A stretch of DNA of 64,000 nt, taken from Octopus bimaculoides. Its lineage: Eukaryota. The DNA lies in contig NC_068983.1 in NCBI RefSeq assembly GCF_001194135.2, positions 22,915,781 to 22,979,780 on the forward strand, written 5' to 3'. Position 1 is the stretch's first letter, and every line of letters starts with the position of its first letter. The notes beneath the pieces were generated by a model that worked only from the letters and a program-made list of their open reading frames with translations, did not search any database and had not been told where the DNA came from. Shown here piece after piece: positions 41,421 through 53,189 of this stretch. The translations under genes were made by a program, and so were the position numbers.

Positions 41421-42239
41421 TTTATGTTCTGTTTGTTACACATGCTACTGTGATCTTTGTGTTTGATCCTGATGTTGGTTTGTTTATGTCTCCTGTAACT
41501 TAACAGATTGGCAAAAGAGACCGACAGAATAAGTAAATAGCAGACTTCAAAAAATAGGTACTGAGGTCATTTTATTTGACTAAAACCTACCAAGGTATGG
41601 CCACAGTCCAGTGACTGAAACAAGTAAGACAAGAGATGTCACTATGAAATTACCCTTCAGAACTGTGTTACATATTTGCATGTTTATATGAATGAATGAT
41701 ATATGTCTTTGTACATTATATATATAGACACACACACTTTATATGCATAAAGGGGATTGTTCAAATATACATATTTATATACATATATTATATAGTAGTA
41801 GGACATTGTTTTGACAGGTAATTTGAGGGGCTTAACTAGATCCCTATGTATTTATTGCCACACATTGACTTCAAAAAGGCAGTTTTATTGTTGTGGGACT
41901 TGAACTTTAAATGACCTCATTGATCTGACTAGCTCAATGAAGCCTTTGCACCTAATATTACAGAGTGTAATCGTTCTTTTCCTCTCTGCACAATGAACTA
42001 AACTAAATGATATTTTTTTTTCTTCTCTTCCTAGTGCTTGATCTATTAAATGTGTTTAGCCTTGCTAGTAAGACCAAACAATTCCTTATTCTTGTTACCC
42101 TTTAACTTGCTGTAAGCTGGTGTTAAAAGCTTGGATCACAATAAACAATAACAAAAGCTGTCTTGTTCGTTTTGTTACATTTGCTGCTGTGATCTTCATA
42201 TAACATTGATTTCTGTGATCTTTTTTGCAGCATTATCCG

Positions 42240-43034
42240 CTGTGTCTTTTCTGACGTTAACTATTCTGGTCATTTTTCTGATCATTCTATAGCAAACAAA
42301 ATCAATAATGGTCATTTTCTGACCGTTAGAGCCATTGTCTTTTTTTTTTTTTTTTCTGACGTTAACTACTCTGGTCTTTCTTTTTCCTTCCAACATTAGC
42401 TGGGTTTTTTTTTCTGACGTTAAGCTGCCGTAACCTATTTTCTAGCGTTAGCTTTTTTTTTTTTCCTTCTGACGTTAGCTGTTGGTTTTTTTTTTCTGAC
42501 GTTAAGCAGCCGTAACCTATTTTCTAGCGTTAGCTCTTATTTTTGTTTTGTTTTTTTTTCCTTCTGATGTTATTTGCTGTAATCATTTTCTGACGTTGGA
42601 ATGTTGTAATTTTCTGGTGTTATCTACCATAGCTCATTTTCTAGCGTTCTCGTATCATCTGCCATGTTCTTTTGGTTAGTTGTCTTGGTCTTTTTTTTTT
42701 CTGACGTTAACTGTTTGGTCTTTTTTTTTTCTCACGTTAGATGCCGTGGCTTTATTGATTTTGTCTGCTATAGATATCTTTGACGTCGGCCGCTAAAATC
42801 GAACGTAACGTTAACTGGTAGCCGCTAAATTCGACACGTGACGTTGACTGGTAACCGCGACGGTCGGCTGCTACAGTTGGCACGTGCCGTCGGCTGTTAC
42901 GGTCGGCACTTGACGTCGGCTGCTACGGTTGGCACGTGACGTTGGCTGCTACAGTTGGCACGTGGCGTCAGCTTCTACGGTCGGCACGTGGCATCGGCTG
43001 CTACGGTTGGCACGTGGCGTCGGCTGCTACGGTT
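42240..43034. repeat. Polarised minisatellite: T-rich degenerate TTTTCTGACGTTA units grading into ~6.5 clean 26-bp GC-rich units
   Basis: 26-bp unit GTCGGCTGCTACGGTTGGCACGTG(A/G/C)C at 42863-43034; shared TGACGT core throughout. Confidence 0.9.
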
Positions 43035-43458
43035 TGTTTTTTGTTGTTGTTGACGTATTTGCTATGTTTATAAATTAAAAGATCAAATCGGTCTTCTAGC
43101 ATAAAATGGCCTTGATAGATCGACACAGTTATAAGGATTAATAGCAGGCAACCATACGTGTGTTGGTATTAAAACGGTTGCTTACATAAAATTAAGTGAT
43201 GAAAACCCTAGTCAATGGCAGTAATTGAGTTTCAAAGCCTGCTTGATACTGTCAGTTTAGCACCTAAAATTCTTCAACTTTATAAAATTTCTAGGGAACC
43301 AGTGATTGTCAGTCACCTGATAGTAAGGACGGAAAGTATGTAAAATAGAAAAATGTTTTGGTTTTCTTTTTTTTTTAACATATATGCACACAGTATTTCA
43401 CTTTGAAGTAGCAAAAATGGTTAACAGTTGAAAAGAACAAATTTATTAAGTCCTATAT

Positions 43459-43930
43459 CAGGGATGGACAACTTTTCGTCAAGTGGGGGCCCGCATCGTA
43501 CCATTTCCAAGTGGTAGACGGCCACATGATGAAACACATATGCATGAAATATTACTTGCCCACTTTACACTGAATTTTTTTTGCTGTTCTTCTTAATTTT
43601 ATTTGTCTTAGTTTGAAAGTTTACATTAAGCTGGCTTCTCTTTCATTATTTTCATTATTTCCTGATAATGATTACTAGTGTCAATAAATTATAGTTTAAA
43701 ATATTGAGATCAGGAAAAAAAAAATGAAAATTCATTGATATTTTATTAAAGAACAAATTTCTTTATCTGTATCAATGAGATTTTTGCAGCACATTCCCAT
43801 TCTTTACCTTATTTTCAATATTAGGTAGAATTTGAGATGTCGCTATTCTTAGGTTATGCTGCAAATTTGTAACCTAGAAACTCGTCAAGGGCCGCACAAC
43901 ATGTCAAGGGCTGCAGGCTGCTCATGCATG
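43459..43930. mobile_element. hAT-type MITE
   Basis: CAGGGATGGACAAC start, subterminal gggccgca motifs, near-TSD tcctatat/tcctagat. Confidence 0.65.
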
Positions 43931-45379
43931 TCCTAGATGAAATACAATATAAATGAAATGCAGAACACCCACATTAGTTGATAACTTATATTTAGAGAAG
44001 TCAGCGACAGCATCTTAACTCGGTCATAATCAGGTCTTAGTAATGCTCTCCCCCAGCCATTTCCTAATCCCTTCTCAAGCTTCAGCCATCTTTACCAAGA
44101 ATCCGAAAAGAAAGTAAAGGGAGATGGATTAATGAAAAATAATGATAATCATGAAGTGAGAAATCCTTAATAACCCCCAATTTATTAATATTAAAAATGA
44201 AGGGAGCAAGTTAGTCACTGACTTATTTAAGGAGATTAACTTGACACAAGCATATACCACAGTAATCCTTGAGGTACAGCATTTGATATGCCTAAGCTGA
44301 AGCCATAAATAAGTAAATAAGGTAAAGAGTCAGAGGGAGGAGTACACACACACACACATGGATTCTTTATCCCCTAGACATAGATAGACAGAGCTAAGTT
44401 TTATAGTATTCTTTTATCCAGGACACTCTTCTAGATATAGTTAACATTTCTCACTTGTATTGTCTTTCTTAAATCTGTGACTCATCTTCAAACACCACCA
44501 CCAGCTGGCCATTTGGGTGCTTTTCAGTGGGGTCTTTAGCTGAATCCACCACTTGACAAGCATTGGTGGGGTCAGGTCACTGATATAATGATAATTAGAT
44601 GCTGCTGTAGCAATATGATTCATGGTTTCTTTATTCCAGCAGTCTTGGAAGCCCTGCCAAATATGCATGGGTGTTTCCCTTCCTCTGTGACTAAGCAATA
44701 AAAGAATATATTAATGATAGTAGTAGTAGTAGTAACCATTGATTTAACATCCTCCTTTTCCATGCTTGCATGGGTCAGCAATATTCACTGAGGTGGATTT
44801 TATTTTGCTTGATGCTCTTCCTGTCACCAACCCTCATATGTTTTGAAGCAAAGTAATATTTCCCCTAGTCCATTGAACATGGACAGAACAATGGCCCAAT
44901 GTATTTTTTATGGAAGATTATAAATGAATGACACCACTTGTATGACAGTGGCATTTGTTTATAATTAATGCTCATTGTCAAGATGAGGAGACACATACAC
45001 TTGAGAACACACACATGATGGACTTCTTTCGCTTCCTGGCTACCAAATCCGCTCATTAGGCTTTTGTTGGCTTGGGGCTGTAGAGCTGTAGTAGAAGGTG
45101 CTATGCAGTGGGATTGAATCTGAAACAACATGGTTGGTGAAGTATTTCTAACATAGGCTCAAGGCCTGAAATTTAAGGAAATGTTAATCGAATGTAGGGT
45201 CTCCACTATTTGAGCAACACTTCATTTTATTGACCCTGAAAGGGTTCAAGGCCAGGTTGACCTCAGAACATAAAGGTTCAAAGAAATACTGTAAGGCATT
45301 CTCTCCAATTTAATAATTGTTTCTAATTTAGAGAGAAGGCTAGGAATTTCGAGAGGAGATGATAATAATAATAATAATA

Positions 45380-45900
45380 TATGGCCTCTCATCTTAACTG
45401 ACTGGAAGTGTTATGTACATTATTTTGTTTTGGTATAAAAGATGGGTTACAACAAATATTCTACTCAATACCACAGATTTTGCTTGTCAGTTGTTTGACC
45501 TTGACCAACTGAACATGTCCCTTAGTGGCTGACAATATGTGCATCTCTGATCATGAGCAGAAGTAGTGGAAGAGCATCATAGCCATGTGTTGAGAGGAAT
45601 TCTTTGGGGTTTGAATAATTCACCTTTGGAAACATGGGTGTTATGTTCATCCTTAAACAACCCTTATTCAGGGACCTTTTGAGCGGGATGGGCTACTCGA
45701 ACTGAAGAAAATTCTAACTGGGCCCCACCTGCAAGGTCATGCACAGTTTATATTGATGTAAGATCACCATGTCGCGTACATATGGTTGTGATGCATGTGC
45801 CTGTTATATCCTTATCAGATGGGTATACTGGGCTTCGTATACTTTTACCCCAGTGTCACTTTGATGGCATGCACTGCTCTCTCAATAATAATAATAATGA
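45380..45900 (+). mobile_element. Unclassified interspersed repeat (SINE-like) with (AAT)n tail
   Basis: Ends gcactgctctctc-(aat)n and is flanked by AAT/ATT runs. I recognise it only as a common octopus-type repeat; no second copy in the window. Confidence 0.4.
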
Positions 45901-47479
45901 TGATGATTTCAAATTTTGGCATGAGGTCAGCTNNNNNNNNNNNNNNNNNNNNNNNNNNNNNNNNNNNNNNNNTGGGGTGGGGGGAAATAAGTAAATTACA
46001 TGAACCCCAGTGCTTTAATTGTACCTATTTTATCAACCCTGATAGGATGAATAATAAAGTAGAATACTGCTTTTTATTGATAGACATTATTATGGTTTAA
46101 AAACAAGAGGGAAATGAAGTTTATAATGGCCAAGAATGCACTGTAAGGGAATCTAAATACCTAGTGTTTGGTGAAATAACAGTGCTGATAATAAATAACT
46201 CCTTCAGGTAAATGTTTACCATAAAAATGTGAGGATTGTGTTGATGATAATGGTGGCGGTGGTGGTGGTGGTGGTGGTAGTAGTGGTGCTGGAAGGTATT
46301 AAACCTTATCTCCATTTCACAGAAATTGCAGTGTTGTTGCTGATGCTGTTGGTGGCAGATTTTTGTTAAAGCTCTTTACTTAATATTAGGATATGATTAG
46401 ATAATAGTTTAACTTATTTGCATTAGGCTTGAAGTCTTAGATGGATTTTTATAAACTATTTCTGTTTCTTAGTGGATAATGTGAAGAGATTCACGGATTA
46501 TCCATGAGTCACAATATTGCACAATATTTTGTTGTTCTTTTGTTTTTGTATTTTTCTCCCTCTAAATTGCTTTCATTGATTACTTGATTGTTGTTTGACC
46601 CTAGGTCAGTCCTGCTCAGGCAGTCCTATGATTTAAAACATTCCAACCATGATCATGTCTTACGTATTCAAGTCTATAAAATCTTGCCATGGTCAACTTT
46701 GTCTTTCATCCTTCTGGGGCCGTTGGTATCAATTTGCTTGCCTTGTGCCTAAATTAGAAGTCCTAAATCTATAAACAAATTATTAATAATAGTTTATTAA
46801 TTTGTCTTGAATGTTTTTTTCCTAAGGAAAGCATATTTATGTGCATTGGCTAAGGTTACAACTGATAATTAAGAGGTTTAGATATAAGACCTCAATAATA
46901 ATAATAATAATAATAATAATAATCCTTTCTATTATAGGCACCAGGCCTGATGTTTGTGGGGGGAGTGTTAGTTCATTACATCGACCCTTGTACTTAACTG
47001 CTATGCATTTCATCAATTCTAAAAGGATGAAAGACAAAGTCAGCCTCAACGGAATTTGAACTCGGAACAGACGAAAATGCTACAAAGCATTTTGCCTGCA
47101 ATTTTGAGGGGAGAGGTTAGTCAATACTATCCATTCCAGTATTTGACTGCTACTTTATTTTATCGACCCTTGAGAGATGAAAGGTAATGTTGATCTCAGC
47201 AGGTTTGAACTTAGAACATAAAGAGCCAGATCAAATATTGCAATGCATTTTACCCCCAACACATTTAACTATTTATTCTGCCAGTGACGCTGATAAACAG
47301 TTTCTCTAATTTTCTGTATTTATAATTGACAAGTGATCAAAGTAAATAAATTGATTCCGAGGTTTAACCTAGATTTTATTAGTTCAAGACCCTGTTTTTT
47401 AGTATGACTACAACTACTACTACCACATGGGCTTTTAATCTTCACAGCTGATCAAGTCATTGATAGATTACTGGCCAGT

Positions 47480-47888
47480 ATTAATAGGATTATTTTAGTA
47501 AATAATGAAACCACACTCCGTGTTCATAAACAGCAGTGGTAAGATGCGTAACGCTATCAATTCACCAACTGCCCTCAACCCATCAGGACTTGCTGCCAAC
47601 AACTTCTGAGCTGAGAGACAACTACCTTCATTGTTATTGAAGCGTATTTATTACAAATTTACGTTTTGTTTCTGTATCATGAATAATATTTTGTCACACA
47701 TGAAGTTACTGCTGAAAATAACTGGCAGCTGGCTGACGGCAAATTTTCTCAAGCAGCTGTTTAACATGTCAGCTTTCGGTCTCCCTCCAAAATCTATCAC
47801 TTCAACATCTTGACAGAATTTACTGTATAATTTGTCATAACTTTTAGCTGTGTTTATTTTCGCTCGGTGCAGATAGTTGGATATAACC
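47480..47888 (+). promoter_or_regulatory. Candidate proximal alternative promoter / first exon
   Basis: CpG-retaining unique DNA (~47480-48420), clustered CAGCTG E-boxes, donors GTG|GTAAGA (47539) and ACC|GTAAGT (47889), 2.5 kb upstream of the ATG exon. Confidence 0.45.
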
Positions 47889-49924
47889 GTAAGTTTCTAA
47901 CCATCTTATTTACTTTATTCCGTTCGAAAAACAAAAGGTATATATATCATTTACTAATTTCTTTGTTTATAAATGATAGGAAGAAATTCTGATTGTGTGC
48001 ACTAAACCAACAGTCCCAACCTTTGTTTTGCACCAGGGACCGGAGGAGATCACGCACATAATAAAACACAATCAAATGCATAATATAGAATTGACTTACT
48101 ACATATAAATTATATATATAATGCAAAAACGCCCAGCTGACTGCAATCGTCAATAAAATAGAAATGAAATCTAAAACATTTTCTTTCTGTGCCACCCGGT
48201 ACCAAATGATTCGCGGTCCAGTGGTCAGAGACAAAAAAATATATTTAATGTATTTTGCTATTTCTGCACATTACAACAAACTAATTAACGATAGGCTGAA
48301 ACAACTACTAATAATTGCTGATTCTGTTTCCTTTTTGTTGCTTGTAACTTCATAAACAACCTCCAAGCGCGCCCTTTTATTGTGATTGAATTGTTCCCCC
48401 TTTCAGGATTTTTCGTTTACCAAATTGCCTTTGTTTCCCTTCCCCTGCCCTATTGGGGGTCACCCTATTGTGTCTTTAGGGAGATCTCTATTGTAGTCAG
48501 CAGGTGTTTTCTTTTATCACAGTTCATTTACATCTGAAGAATTCTATAACTTTTTCTCTACACGTTTTTTTTTCTTCTTTCTGTTGAAGGCCAGTAAATC
48601 TGAGTGTTATAGATAATGACTATATAATCCAATCAATATACGACTGATGTTACTTCTACAATTACATTAATACGTAAATAACTATTCCGTTTTGATTGGT
48701 TCCTCCAACCCACCCCAACTATAAGTGGATTCTACTTAAAAATTCAAAATGGGTCAATTATCTCACCAATAATTAACCTAATTCTGTCATCAATCCATCT
48801 ATTCCACTAATGATTGGTCACATTTCTTAATAATTATTTCACTGACTTTACATAATTCTTTCAAAATTGGAATTCTGTCCGATACTTGTTTATCTGCCCA
48901 TCCTAACCCCTCCCTACTTAAGAGGAAAAGTTAGGGGGATGAATAAATGATTATTCAACATATTATATTAGAATTTTTTTTTATATGTGGTATTGACATA
49001 TAAATGGTGTCTTGAGTCATAAATTGATTTTGTTTTTAATCTACATCTTCAATAATGGGTATGGGCAACCTTTTTTGAGAAGTTAGTCTCATTACTAAAA
49101 AAAAAAAATCCAAGGTGATTTTTCATTTGGTGTACCATTCGGAAATTCTTGTGGGCTGCAAGTTGCACATAACTGTTCTATAGCTAAATCTACCACTTTG
49201 TCTTTGCATTAATCCATTCTCTCCTTTCATTCATTTCATTCTCTCCTGGGCAAGTTTCTGATAAACATTTTACGCATTTTAAAAACGGGTTTGTTAGCAT
49301 TTTGCATTGTATTTTTAAATATTTGCAGCTTTAAATTTATTTTTCGTGTTGGAATAATTGGGTAATGAATGCATTGTAGATGTGTATTGAAGAATGATTT
49401 TGATTCAGTTTATGTTTTGAAGCATGGTAGTAATTGGAAAGAATTGATAGACCATTAGAGGAACTATATTGCAGTATTTCTTTCGGTTTCATGTATTCTG
49501 ATTTCAAATCTTCTCAAGGTCAACTTTGCCTTTCATCATTCTAGCATTGATAAAAAAATAAAGTACTAGTCTAGAAGGGAGGATGGAGTGGTAGAATTAT
49601 TAGAGCATCAGACAGGAGGCCACGCAGCATATCTTCTGCTCATTGTATTTTGAGTTCAAACTGCAATATGCCTTCTTGGGTGATAAACTTATTTCATTAC
49701 CCAGTTTAACACCACCACTTGATCTTTAGTTCTGTTATAAGCACTCAGTTCAGGTTTCCAGTTTGATGACAACTCATCCGCTCTCTCCTTCCAGTCTCAG
49801 TTCAGTGGTCCTAATAAAGGATTATGGGTAGCAACCTTCCCTTTTGGTTAAGAAATTTTAAAGTTTCAAAGAAATCAAACTATATTTTTCTGCATATAAG
49901 TCGATATAGTATAAACATTCAGAC

Positions 49925-50150
49925 ATCACCACTATCTCTCCAAATCCTGCTGCATTTCATATGGAAGTTTTGGTCCTCCAATATGGTTTTGGTATATTAG
50001 TTGACCTCTTTTTTTGGCCTGAATAATTTGTCTTGTATGCCTGAATGTATGGTAGTTAGGCAGTGCCAGAAATCTCAAACGATTTTGTCTAATAATCTTG
50101 CATGTGATGAGAGACTTTAGATACAAGATGAAAGTAAATCTTACATCAGT
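49925..50150 (-). pseudogene. RTE-like LINE 3' fragment
   Basis: Minus strand IIRQNRLRF..[GHC by frameshift]...GGPKLPY resembles the RRLRFAGHC...RGRP tail of RTE-clade ORFs. Confidence 0.45.
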
Positions 50151-50349
50151 AGTAACTTCCTTTTTGTACTGGCTGAATTACAAAATCATCTCATCACCTA
50201 TTTATTTTATACTTGACCAGACAAAAAATGTAGCAAAAAAATATGTAACTTTTGTGTATTGTTTATTTTAACATGTTTATTTTCATTCTGAAAAGTAAGT
50301 TAAATTGTTTTTTTGTTATTAACTAAAGGTTGGTTTATTTTATTTGCAG

Positions 50350-50817
50350 ATGATATAATCCAAAACCATCTCCCTATCAAATCCGGTCCACAGAATCTCT
50401 TAACATACTTTCGCATTCAATAACTTTTTTCGCTTTGTTGTTCTTTGTGTCACCATGGAGAATTACGTGCAACAACAAGAGTTTTCTGAAGCTAAAAACC
50501 GGATAAGTTTATTTGAATCAGAATTTGAAGATGGTTGGTTCCTGCAAAAGCTGATGAAAGAGAACTCTCCCTCCTTTCCTAAACGTCGTAGACTGGAAGA
50601 CGATGCTCAGAGTTGCATCAGCAGCAGGACCGATTCACCAGTATCTGTTGACAGCTTCATGGATGAAAGTTTCTGTCCTACACCAACTGACTCTCCTTCC
50701 ACTCGGGTGGCAACACTATCGGATTTTAAAAAACATTATAAAAAGGATGAACTGTGGGCTGCTATTGAATCTAATTACCAATATCTTATGGATGATGAAA
50801 TCATTGAGACATGTAGG
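50350..50817 (+). other. Full exon boundaries (105-nt 5'UTR part plus CDS)
   Basis: T-rich tract ending tttgcAG at 50349; GTAAGT donor at 50818-50823; the exon opens with the mini-uORF ATG ATA TAA. Confidence 0.8.
50455..50817 (+). CDS. First coding exon (121 aa) of a large multi-exon gene; tentatively Klarsicht/AKAP6-like N-terminus. The gene continues after a phase-0 intron
   Basis: caccATGG Kozak context. In-frame TAA upstream at 50356-50358. Natural-looking protein (MENYVQQQEFSEAKNRISLFESEFEDGW...PKRRRLE...ELWAAIESNYQYLMDDEIIETCR) ending at donor AGG|GTAAGT (50818). The family guess rests on my recollection of the LWxAIxxxYxYLMDxxIIxxC motif and is unverified (~0.5); confidence given is for the CDS itself. 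Confidence 0.88.
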
Positions 50818-53189
50818 GTAAGTCACAACTATTACTTATGAAATATATTTTTGCTTTCAATTTTATTTCTTTTCATGCTAGTAACAGATGAGCTACAGAT
50901 TTATTTGAGACAGAATTTTACTGCCTGATGCTCTTCTTGTTGCTCACCTTTAACTGTTTTCCAAGAAGAGATTTTTTTGAAATATTTTTTATTTCACTAG
51001 TCATAATATCAACATGGAATGTAAACATCATATCAACATTTCACTCAGGCAGTGACAAGTGAAGTCACATGGAATGATAACATTCATATACATATGCATA
51101 CACAAAGACATGTCATGCATATATGACAAGCTTCCTCACAATTTTTGTCTATCAAATTCACTCATGAAGTATTATTCTGCCAGGACTATAGTAGAAGATA
51201 CTTGATTAAAGTGCCACACAGTTGAACCAAACCTGAAACTATATGGTTACAAAGCAAACTTCTTAACTACACAGCCATGCCTATCCGGATCCAAAAACAA
51301 AATATGTTAAGACTATAATGTAATTACTAAAGTACCAATACAGTTGTTACAAATAAATGTATATATAGATTCATTACCATATGTGTTTAGTCTCTATGTG
51401 AAAGTCAACCCATGAGGGTATTTTTGGTGGTCCAGGCCAAGGATTAAACTGATTGCTTTCATTGCTATCTACCAGTTCATCAGGATTTGTTACCGTCTCC
51501 CTCCCAAACTACTGATATGAGCTGAAAGTTACTTTAAATGTAAACACATATATATATATATAGGAACAAATTCAATTGACACTATGAGGTTGATGACCAA
51601 GAAATAATTACAAGCACTAAGCATTTTTAAGTGACATCTTTTTCAAGTGTGACTGTTCTTGAAATAAGGGTTCTTTCTGTCTTAAAAATGATAATTCAAG
51701 TAAACAAAATATTATTTTGTAGAAACTTCTCATTTTCAATATCCTTTCTTTTAGGATAGCTTGTTACTTTTTAACTGTTTTGCTGTCACATGAGTTATAG
51801 TGGTAGTTATCAATCAATATATCACCAATAATTACATGTAATATGTGGTTCCAATTTACCAAGACTATTGCTGCTGCTGTTGCAACAGGCCCTGCTCTTC
51901 TCAACTAGGTAACTGCACACCACTTCAACACAGCCAAAATGACACACCTATTTCCTTCTTTCTCCTCATTCTTACATATTTCACCCCACTCCTAGCTAGG
52001 CCTTACACTTGACTCTTTAAACAGTCATTTCCTCATAAGCTGCAATCCTTTAGAATTCTTCTCCAATCGTATTTTTCAGGGGTATATAATATAGGTCTCT
52101 TGCTTGTGTAAAGAAAAAGAAAAATAAAAGTATCAGTAATTCATGCTGGGTGCAGAAGAGTTCTGATTTGTTTAGTTAAGTGGTTGTTGTTGTAATAAAC
52201 AAACCAACAACAGGAGACGAAGTAGTTGGATGAAGTTTGTCACACGTCACAATGGAAATAATGCAAGACTGTAACACATTGTAGCACAATGCTATGTTGT
52301 AATATTGTACACATGTCCAATCCCTTCCAGATTAGAGAAGGGTGCCACTATACAGTCACTCAACCTGCTAGAAATAGCTACAAAATTCCCTGCCCAATAT
52401 CCCTCAGTTTTTAAAAATGGTTATATATTAGATAATGAAATCTTAAGTACAGCTAAAAAGATGTGAGGTTGGGTTTCCTTAATATAACATGTCACTTAAA
52501 CTGGTTATTCTTTGGATGACTGATCTGCTCGATCAAGGCTGACTTGTGACTAAACAATTTTAGCTTAAGAAAATTAATTATTATTGGTGATGCTGATAAT
52601 GATAAATCTTATGATTTATAACTTCTTACTCTGTAGGTCAGTATTGACCCAGGCATCATAAGAACATACACAATGCTACTTCAGGCATTGTGGTTTGTAT
52701 TTTATCTTTTTTCATGTTTTTGTACTTTTTTTCTTTTTCCCAACAAACCACTTAACTTTAAATGTCAACTCAGAAAGTTGGGGGTCTCCTTAATATAGCA
52801 TGATGTCACTTAAATATTTCCAGCAATGAATTATGATACTACTGAACTTCAAGATGCTTGACAGGAAAAAAAAGTTTTAATATCTTACATTGAAACTTTG
52901 TACAGTCATTATGTTATGTGATTTATGTATGAGAAGACATATTGCCCTACTTGAACTCAGTGAAACTAACAGAAATTGGTTGGCAATATCTCACATATGT
53001 CAGTAGTGTGTTTAAAGCAACAAAATAATGATAATGTCCAACTGTATTAAAAAATTTATTTAATGGATCTGTTTTGAAGAACAACTAAAAATTTCAACTG
53101 CATCAACAAACTTAAAGCATGTAAATTCCCCCAGTTGGTCATATAATACTTGCTGCTTTGTCCCTTCCCCCTAATCCAACCTTGACTAT

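Larger units (their letters stand above)
3171..45972. other. Assembly gaps (N runs): 3171-3334, 7881-8078, 16438-16953, 22069-22504, 27781-27884, 31413-32288, 45933-45972
   Basis: Runs of n; most abut microsatellites, homopolymers or hairpin elements. Confidence 0.99.

Noticed and set aside
42240-43034. CRISPR-like array (conserved core with variable spacers)
   Set aside because: Spacers are homologous or homopolymeric, repeats are degenerate, there are no cas genes and the context is eukaryotic; it is a minisatellite.
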